From Anthoceros angustus (lineage: Eukaryota > Plantae > Anthocerotophyta), in assembly GCA_010909165.1 (NCBI GenBank), contig VJWM01000044.1, forward strand, positions 682,001 to 746,000: DNA of 64,000 bases, in the 5' to 3' direction. Of this stretch, positions 13,286 to 23,028 are shown piece by piece; the stretch's first letter is position 1, and each line of letters opens with the position of its first letter. Under the pieces are notes generated by a model, which saw only the letters and a list, made by a program, of their open reading frames with translations, searched no databases and was not told the origin of the DNA. Both the position numbers and the translations under genes were made by a program.

Positions 13286-13742
13286 TGGAGAAAGCTACAC
13301 CAATATGGGCGGCTGCAAAAGGCAGCGGCTTGCGGGTAACAAATCTCAGCCTGAGCCTATTCTCGTGAGAGATTAATCAGGATAGGTAACGGGAGTTTAG
13401 ACACTACAAGAATAGAGGTGCTTTTACTAACTTCAAAACCAAGGCCTAGCTTAAATTAGACCCAAACGAGTTTACAACGAGCTCATGGTTAAAAAAATCC
13501 AAATGACGTTTTACAAGGTGACTATACCTTGTAATAACAAGATTACAAGGGTGGCTAAATCATTTAAGAAGGTTCGATTTTTATTCTAATATATTATTCT
13601 GAAATTCCGTTGTACTTCCCGTGTTGTTGCATTTCGCTTCGGTGGGGTCTGATGTTACTTGATTTGCGCTTGGTTATCTTCCAAACATGACTTTTTTGTT
13701 AGTATGCATGCAAACTGTAGGGTATCAAGGCGCGGAAAGGGT

Positions 13743-13824
13743 GTTGTCAAGTCCTAATGCCGTGTTGTGGACTCTCTCGCGGGAAGGAGGTTGTCATGTC
13801 CTAATGCCGTGTTGTGGACTCTCT
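13743..13824. repeat. Direct repeat, 47-bp period, two copies
   Basis: gttgtca(a/t)gtcctaatgccgtgttgtggactctct at 13743 and 13790. Confidence 0.85.
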
Positions 13825-15404
13825 TCTATGATAGGAGAAGGACTCAACAAGAGCAAGGAGAAGGGGCTTGTTGACTTACGCCGGAATGTATGTAGGTGGA
13901 AGGTGTGATACCAGACGAACTTCGTTACATTTATATCTGTCCTGAAAACATGCAGTATCATTGCAGCCTTTGCAGCGCGTTCTCGTGCTCACAAAGTATT
14001 ATCATACTAGACGTTAGGGCATCCCGTTGTGTGTCAATCTGGTTGACACAAGAAGGGAATGGTGCGTGGGGAGTGTGATCAACGCTCACAGTTGTTTGAC
14101 TCTCCAGTTAAGTCTGACGCAGTCATGCACTGCGCTTCCTCTTGCCAAGGAGATGCAGACGAGGATGAAATGCATGATTACGACTCCTGTGGCAAATGGC
14201 ACATTTGTGGCAGTCTTTTCTGCAATGTAGTCATGCTACCTCGGGGGACAAGTATCCCAAGATCCCACGAGTATTAACAGAGATTACCGCATCAGTGTGA
14301 CTGTGGAGCATTAATGTATGTCTCACTAATAGTATTCGCCGCTCTGGACTCCTGACCAGGGCACAAGAGTTGGTTTCCAGAATGCCCATGCAGCAGCATT
14401 ACTTGCCTGATTGGCTATCCATGCTTTGAGCTTGCCTCAAATGTCGCAAAGCAGCACTGGGTACACTTGCATTCGCGTGTGCAGAGCCTCAAGAAGCCGC
14501 GGCATGAGTTCTGAAGGCTAACACATTTGCTAATGGAGGATGCAAACCCTGGCTTTGCAAAACCACAGCCAACGAAGGCACGGCTGGAACCTGGGCAGAG
14601 AGCTGAATCCACCATCAAGAGGAGGTCCATACTTCAGTGGCAGGCAGCTGAAATCATGGATCCATCAACAGAAATCACGAAGATGCTTCCCGTACACACA
14701 AGATAAAAAGTGAAACATACCGTTTTGACGAGAAGCTGCAACACCTGGAAAAAGGTGGACGAATTGTCCGGTACTTGAAGGCGTCTCTTGTTCGTCAATG
14801 GAGGTTGTGCTGGTACTGGTTTGGTAGGTAGTCAATTCCTTAGCAAAAACAATGACAAAGAAAGCATGTGAGCGTTGCGCAGGAGACTGTCGTTAACCCT
14901 ATAATCTGTATGGATTTTGTAGGCGCAAAGCCATCAACCTTGACCAACATGTACTGTCACAGGAGTAAACTGGATCCTTGGCGGCCAGTAAGAGCCGAGG
15001 AAAATCCGCATTGCAGCCAACCGATGTTGAAGAGGGGTTTTTTTAACGAGGGGAGGGATGCCGCCCATGTGACCCCCATTGACCCATCTTGGCAAATGGC
15101 AAAGGCGCACTCAGATTTTTTTCGCTGATGAGTAGCTACTTTACAAGTGTTGCTGCATCAGTCTTCCGTGGGCAACGTCTCGGTGGTCAGGCAGGAAGAG
15201 CGGAATTCCAGACCAGCGTGCGGTGAGGCAGGCATTGCATCTGCCATGGTTCATCCTTCCATGGATTGTTTGCTTCCTTGCTTGCAAATCTGCGGATGAA
15301 AAATGTGGGAATTTACAGGCTGGCTAGGCTTCGCTCCTTGCTTCCTTGCTTGGAAACCTGGGGATGACAGTGATGTGGTTTTACAGGCAGGCTAGGCTTG
15401 CGCA

Positions 15405-18400
15405 ATGCAGAGCCTGGCAGGAGCGGGCGTTTGGCCGTGCGCCGGGCATGCCACCGTCGGGGAGAAGCCCAGTGGCTGCAAGCTGCATCCGCAGCCGCAG
15501 CCGCAGGGGCGGATCCGCGGGTGCGGCTTCCGTCGGAGATGAAAGGCGCCAGCCTAACGCACAGCAAGGAGCAGGCTCTGGAGGAGAAGAAGACGCACAG
15601 GAGCCTTGTGCGCGTGCGAGCGGCCCAGACTGCCAGCAGAGGCGCCGACCTGGTGGGATCGTACTCGGAGCCGGTGCTGGAGTCGCCCCGGGCTGATGTG
15701 GTGGAGCTCAAGGCAGGTGGTGCTGTCCAGGAAGAACCACGGCATTCTCGTGGACATCCCGGCGCTGCTGTGGGACAACTACGCGGAGCTCTTCCAGGGC
15801 AGCGGATTGAGCTCCGGCTCGTCGGCGTGGATTTGGATCCAGGTGCGGAATTCCTGTCCTTAGCCCTCCTCAGCAGCAGGTGATGACAGTGTGCGGATTT
15901 GGGTCGGAATTGAGTTGGATCTTGCCAATTTCTTGCTTGTTGCAGACACGAACGGGCTGAAGCTAAGCCCTCCCACGACGGTGGAAGGCTGGGCTGTCCG
16001 AGAGCTCTTCCTGTCAGGGGACACCGAGTTCGATGTCACGTTCAAGGTGCCCGCGGATTTCGGCGACCCCGGGGCGTTTCTGGTGCGCAACAACCATCCC
16101 CGGGAGTTCCTCATGGTGTCACTGGCAATTGAGAAGCCCGACAGGAGCCTCATCAAGTTCCGTGCCAACTCATGGGTGTACAATACCTCCAAGTACACAT
16201 CCGACCGCGTCTTCTTCAGCAACAAGGTACTTCCTTCCCTTGGCCAGGCCATGATTCCAGCACTGCTGAATCAAAATCAAGCCGTGGGAAATTTTCAAGG
16301 TGCCTCACACTGTCTAACTCTTTCTTGCAGACATACCTGCCCAAGGACACTCCACCAGCCCTGCGAGCTCTCCGAGAGCAGGAGTTGCGGACGCTGCAGG
16401 GAGATGGCACGGGAGAGCGGAGACACTGGGAGCGCGTCTACGATTTCGACGTCTACAACGACCTGGGAAATCCGGGCTGGACCTTCAATGGGAAGAGGCC
16501 AACGCTGGGAGGCTGGAGCGGCCTTATCCTCGCCGAATGCGGACGGGAAGGCCTCCTTCTTTTTCGACCCACAGGCAGAGAGCGTGGTGAACATGTTCAC
16601 GGGAGATTTTCTAACCTTCAAGGTAGGCCCTGATCCGCTGGGAAACTTCTACATTCCCCGGGACGAAAGGTATGACAGGACCAAGTACACAGCCGTGCTG
16701 CTGGGGAGCGTCTTTGGCATGGTGCACGGGATTGTTCCAGTCGTGCGCAGCCTCTTCTCCGGCAAGCCCAACGAGTACCAGAGCCTGGCCGAGGTTCGCG
16801 CCATGTACGAGGACAAGTTTGAGGATGGAGGCAAGAGCTGGTTCAAGTATCCTCTGCCCCAAGTTGCTGCTGGTACGCATCAATCTTCCCTTCCCTCCCT
16901 TTCCCTTCCCTTCCCTTCCCTTCCCTCCCCTGTGTGTGCATCCTTGGAAGAATTCCCAATGCTCACCATACTTTCTTCCAATTGCAATTGCAATGTAGCT
17001 GCTCGCCTCGCCCTCTTCTCATCTCATTCACATCGCGATGTGTTGCAGCTGACGATCTGGCGTGCCTGGACGACGAGGAGTTTGCTCGGCAGGCTGTGGC
17101 GGGCTTCAGCCCCATGGTCGTGGAGAGAGTGACAGTACGTGGACGATTCTTGAAATCCCGTGCGGTGCTACTTGCTTGTCATGATTGCTGTTGTGATGAT
17201 TCGTGATGGTGGCACGGGAAGTGTGAGGCACAGAGAAGGAGTTGGAACGTGCTGACGAAATCGACCTGTCACAGGAGTACCCGCCGCGAGGCCGGACTGG
17301 GCTTACCAACGAGCACATCAGGCCCTACCTGGAGGGGCTGAGCGTGGAGCAAGCCATCGCGAGCAAGCGGCTGTTCAAGGTGGACTCTCACGACCTCTAC
17401 TACCCGTTCATCGAGCGGATCAACGCGCAGAAGAACCGCAGGTACGCTCCTCGCACCATCCTGTTTCTGAACGGCGAGGGCAAGCTGACGCCGGCGGCCA
17501 TCGAGCTGGACTCGGTGAAGGCGATCCAGGTGCTGACTCCGCCGAGGGCCAAGGACGGGAGGCGAAGGCGGCCAAGGACTGGCGCTGGGAGCTGGCCAAG
17601 CTCCACGCCAGCCAGATGGACTTCGCGTACCACGAGCTGGTGACGCACTGGATGCAGACGCACGCGTGCGTGGAGCCTTTCATCATCGCGTCGCACCGGC
17701 AGCTGAGCGCGCTGCACCCGATCAAGACCTTGCTGCAGCCGCATCTGATCAACACGCTTTCGGCCAACATGTCCGGGCGGCAGATCCTGGTGAGCGCGGG
17801 CGGCTACATCGAGCTCTTCTTCGTCACCGGGCCGGTGACGATGGAGGTGAGCCAGGCGGCGTACCCGGCCTGGCGCTTCGACCAGCAGGCGCTGCCGGAG
17901 GACCTGGTGGCGCGCGGCATGGCGGAGCGCACCCGGACGGCGGCGTCCGGCTGGTTCTGGAGGACTACCCTACGCCAAGGACGGGCTGGAGCACTGGGCG
18001 GCTCTGCAGGCCTGGGTGGAGCGGGTGGTCGGCTTGGCCTACTCCAGCGACGAGCAGGTGGTCGCCGACCAGGAGGTGCAGGCTTGGTATCGCGACATCC
18101 GGGAGCGCGGGCACGGCGACCACAAGGACCAGCCCTGGTGGCCGCGGGTGGACGGCCGCGAGGGCCTCATCCGTGTCCTCACCATCATCCTCTGGATCAC
18201 CAGCGGCCGCCACGCCGCCGTGCACTACGGCCAGTTTCCTTACGCAGGCTACGTCCTCAACCGCCCGGGCTTCCTGCGCCGCCTCATCCCGGAGCCCGGC
18301 ACGCCGGAGGACGCGGAGCTGCAGGCCGATCCGGAGAAGTTCGTGCTCTCCACTCTGGCGTCCAGGTTCAAGAACTTCGCGGTGGTGACGGGGCCGAGAC

Positions 18401-18656
18401 TCTTTCCATCCACCCGACCAATGAGGAGTACATTGGCACGCGGAACCAGGACAATTGGACGTCCGACCCCAAGCTACTGGAAGCCTTCCGCCTCTGGGGC
18501 GAGGATTTGCAACGCATAGAGCGCAACATCCAAGAGCGAAATGCCGACCTCTCTGCACCACAGGACTGGCCCCGCCGCATGCCCTACTCACTGCTTTACC
18601 CCTCGTCGGGCCCGGGCATCACCGGCAGAGGCGTGCCCTACAGTCTGTGCGCCTAG
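15405..18656 (+). CDS. LOX: Lipoxygenase copy 1 (PLAT plus catalytic domain); frameshifted as assembled
   Basis: PLAT-like VPADFGDPGAFLVRNNHPREF, FRANSWVY, YLPKDTP, ERVYDFDVYNDLG, YIPRDE, DDEEFARQ..AG.SP, HELVTHWMQTHA, LHPI..LL.PH, WRFDQQALPEDLVARG, HAAVHYGQ and GRGVPYSLCA*. Several 1-bp homopolymer indels. Confidence 0.93.
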
Positions 18657-19776
18657 CCCCGTTTTCAACCGAGCCTGGTCTTGTTTGAAAAGACGAATTA
18701 CTCTACGTTTGTGTGTTCCATGGGAGGGACATTGTATGTAGCCCTTGTCGATAAATGTTCTTCAGCACCACAGCTGGCGTTTTGATGATGCAAGTTTTGC
18801 AGGCTCTGGTCTGCGACTGTCCGTGTAGATGGTGTCATATACTTGTGATAGCTGGCCAGCTTTGGCTGTGTGCGATTCTCAGTTCACGGGAAACCAACAG
18901 GTTGGAGGCTTTGTTTTTTCTGTCATAAGTGCTAATTGATGAGCCTTGTGACGCTGCCTTGGTGTAGAGACGCCAATTTTGGTGGCCCTTCAAGAGGAGG
19001 TCCATACTTCAGTGGCAGGCAGCTGAAATCATGGATCCATCAACAGAAATCACGAAGATGCTTCCCGTACACACAAGATAAAAAGTGAAACATACCGTTT
19101 TGACGAGAAGCTGCAACACCTGGAAAAAGGTGGACGAATTGTCCGGTACTTGAAGGCGTCTCTTGTTCGTCAATGGAGGTTGTGCTGGTACTGGTTTGGT
19201 AGGTAGTCAATTCCTTAGCAAAAACAATGACAAAGAAAGCATGTGAGCGTTGCGCAGGAGACTGTCGTTAACCCTATAATCTGTATGGATTTTGTAGGCG
19301 CAAAGCCATCAACCTTGACCAACATGTACTGTCACAGGAGTAAACTGGATCCTTGGCGGCCAGTAAGAGCCGAGGAAAATCCGCATTGCAGCCAACCGAT
19401 GTTGAAGAGGGGTTTTTTTAACGAGGGGAAGGATGCCGCCCATGTGACCCCATTGACCCATCTTGGCAAATGGCAAAGGCGCACTCAGATTTTTTCGCTG
19501 ATGAGTAGCTACTTTACAAGTGTTGCTGCATCAGTCTTCCGTGGGCAACGTCTCGGTGGTCAGGCAGGAAGAGCGGAATTCCAGACCAGCGTGCGGTGAG
19601 GCAGGCATTGCATCTGCCATGGTTCATCCTTCCATGGATTGTTTGCTTCCTTGCTTGCAAATCTGCGGATGAAAATGTGGGAATTTACAGGCTGGCTAGG
19701 CTTCGCTCCTTGCTTCCTTGCTTGGAAACCTGGGGATGACAGTGATGTGGTTTTACAGGCAGGCTAGGCTTGCGCA

Positions 19777-22700
19777 ATGCAGAGCCTGGCAGGAGCGGGC
19801 GTTTGGCCGTGCGCCGGGCATGCCACCGTCGGGGAGAAGCCCAGTGGCTGCAAGCTGCATCCGCAGCCGCAGCCGCAGGGGCGGATCCGCGGGGTGCGGC
19901 TTCCGTCGGAGATGAAAGGCGCCAGCCTAACGCACAGCAAGGAGCAGGCTCTGGAGGAGAAGAAGACGCACAGGAGCCTTGTGCGCGTGCGAGCGGCCCA
20001 GACTGCCAGCAGAGGCGCCGACCTGGTGGGATCGTACTCGGAGCCGGTGCTGGAGTCGCCCCGGGCTGATGTGGTGGAGCTCAAGGGCAAGGTGGTGCTG
20101 TCCAGGAAGAACCACGGCATTCTCGTGGACATCCCGGCGCTGCTGTGGGACAACTACGCGGAGCTCTTCCAGGGGCAGCGGATTGAGCTCCGGCTCGTCG
20201 GCGTGGATTTGGATCCAGGTGCGGAATTCCTGTCCTTAGCCCTCCTCAGCAGCAGGTGATGACAGTGTGCGGATTTGGGTCGGAATTGAGTTGGATCTTG
20301 CCAATTTCTTGCTTGTTGCAGACACGAACGGGCTGAAGCTAAGCCCTCCACGACGGTGGAAGGCTGGGCTGTCCGAGAGCTCTTCCTGTCAGGGGACACC
20401 GAGTTCGATGTCACGTTCAAGGTGCCTGGATTTCGGCGACCCAGGGCGTTTCTGGTGCGCAACAACCATCCCGGAGTTCCTCATGGTGTCACTGGCAATT
20501 GAGAAGCCCGACAGGAGCCTCATCAAGTTCCGTGCCAACTCATGGGTGTACAATACCTCCAAGTACACATCCGACCGCGTCTTCTTCAGCAACAAGGTAC
20601 TTCCTTCCCTTGGCCAGGCCATGATTCCAGCACTGCTGAATCAAAATCAAGCCGTGGGAAATTTTCAAGGTGCCTCACACTGTCTAACTCTTTCTTGCAG
20701 ACATACCTGCCCAAGGACACTCCACCAGCCCTGCGAGCTCTCCGAGAGCAGGAGTTGCGGACGCTGCAGGGAGATGGCACGGGAGAGCGGAGACACTGGG
20801 AGCGCGTCTACGATTTCGACGTCTACAACGACCTGGGAAATCCGGGCTGGACCTTCAATGGGAAGAGGCCAACGCTGGGAGGGCCGGAGCGGCCTTATCC
20901 TCGCCGAATGCGGACGGGAAGGCCTCCTTCTTTTTTCGACCCACAGGCAGAGAGCGTGGTGAACATGTTCACGGGAGATTTTCTAACCTTCAAGGTAGGC
21001 CCTGATCCGCTGGGAAACTTCTACATTCCCCGGGACGAAAGGTATGACAGGACCAAGTACACAGCCGTGCTGCTGGGGAGCGTCTTTGGCATGGTGCACG
21101 GGATTGTTCCAGTCGTGCGCAGCCTCTTCTCCGGCAAGCCCAACGAGTACCAGAGCCTGGCCGAGGTTCGCGCCATGTACGAGGACAAGTTTGAGGATGG
21201 AGGCAAGAGCTGGTTCAAGTATCCTCTGCCCCAAGTTGCTGCTGGTACGCATCAATCTTCCTTCCCTCCCTTCCTTCCTTCCTTCCTTCCTCCTGTGTGT
21301 GCATCCTTGGAAGAATTCCCAATGCTCACCATACTTTCTTCAATTGCAATTGCAATTGCAATGTAGCTGCTCGCCTCGCCCTCTTCTCATCTCATTCACA
21401 TCGCGATGTGTTGCAGCTGACGATCTGGCGTGCCTGGACGACGAGGAGTTTGCTCGGCAGGCTGTGGCGGGCTTCAGCCCCATGGTCGTGGAGAGAGTGA
21501 CAGTACGTGGACGATTCTTGAAATCCCGTGCGGTGCTACTTGCTTGTCATGATTGCTGTTGTGATGATTCGTGATGGTGGCACGGGAAGTGTGAGGCACA
21601 GAGAAGGAGTTGGAACGTGCTGACGAAATCGACCTGTCACAGGAGTACCCGCCGCGAGGCCGGACTGGGCTTACCAACGAGCACATCGAGCCCTACCTGG
21701 AGGGGCTGAGCGTGGAGCAAGCCATCGCGAGCAAGCGGCTGTTCAAGGTGGACTCTCACGACCTCTACTACCCGTTCATCGAGCGGATCAACGCGCAGAA
21801 GAACCGCAAGGGGTACGCTCCTCGCACCATCCTGTTTCTGAACGGCGAGGGCAAGCTGACGCCGGCGGCCATCGAGCTGGACTCGGTGAAGGCGATCCAG
21901 GTGCTGACTCCGCCGAGGGCCAAGGACGGGGAGGCGAAGGCGGCCAAGGACTGGCGCTGGGAGCTGGCCAAGCTCCACGCCAGCCAGATGGACTTCGCGT
22001 ACCACGAGCTGGTGACGCACTGGATGCAGACGCACGCGTGCGTGGAGCCTTTCATCATCGCGTCGCACCGGCAGCTGAGCGCGCTGCACCCGATCAAGAC
22101 CTTGCTGCAGCCGCATCTGATCAACACGCTTTCGGCCAACATGTCCGGGCGGCAGATCCTGGTGAGCGCGGGCGGCTACATCGAGCTCTTCTTCGTCACC
22201 GGGCCGGTGACGATGGAGGTGAGCCAGGCGGCGTACCCGGCCTGGCGCTTCGACCAGCAGGCGCTGCCGGAGGACCTGGTGGCGCGCGGCATGGCGGAGC
22301 GCACCCGGACGGCGGCGTCCGGCTGGTTCTGGAGGACTACCCTACGCCAAGGACGGGCTGGAGCACTGGGCGGCTCTGCAGGCCTGGGTGGAGCGGGTGG
22401 TCGGCTTGGCCTACTCCAGCGACGAGCAGGTGGTCGCCGACCAGGAGGTGCAGGCTTGGTATCGCGACATCCGGGAGCGCGGGCACGGCGACCACAAGGA
22501 CCAGCCCTGGTGGCCGCGGGTGGACGGCCGCGAGGGCCTCATCCGTGTCCTCACCATCATCCTCTGGATCACCAGCGGCCGCCACGCCGCCGTGCACTAC
22601 GGCCAGTTTCCTTACGCAGGCTACGTCCTCAACCGCCCGGGCTTCCTGCGCCGCCTCATCCCGGAGCCCGGCACGCCGGAGGACGCGGAGCTGCAGGCCG

Positions 22701-23028
22701 ATCCGGAGAAGTTCGTGCTCTCCACTCTGGCGTCCAGGTTCAAGAACTTCGCGGTGGTGACGGGGCCGAGACTCTTTCCATCCACCCGACCAATGAGGAG
22801 TACATTGGCACGCGGAACCAGGACAATTGGACGTCCGACCCCAAGCTACTGGAAGCCTTCCGCCTCTGGGGCGAGGATTTGCAACGCATAGAGCGCAACA
22901 TCCAAGAGCGAAATGCCGACCTCTCTGCACCACAGGACTGGCCCCGCCGCATGCCCTACTCACTGCTTTACCCCTCGTCGGGCCCGGGCATCACCGGCAG
23001 AGGCGTGCCCTACAGTCTGTGCGCCTAG
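19777..23028 (+). CDS. LOX: Lipoxygenase copy 2; frameshifted as assembled
   Basis: Same motifs as copy 1, including RPYPRRMRTGRP in frame. Long ORFs 20542-21366 and 21610-23028 carry LOX motifs; shared homopolymer frameshifts lie in the last exon. Confidence 0.93.

Noticed and set aside
13743-13824. Short spaced direct repeats (also 49503-49580) resembling CRISPR
   Set aside because: Only two copies each, no spacer series, no cas genes, and a eukaryotic context.
14620-15310. Splice-like GT/AG signals and short ORFs on the minus strand, head to head with LOX
   Set aside because: No recognisable protein; the repeated ORFs at 14868 and 19243 only reflect the tandem duplication.
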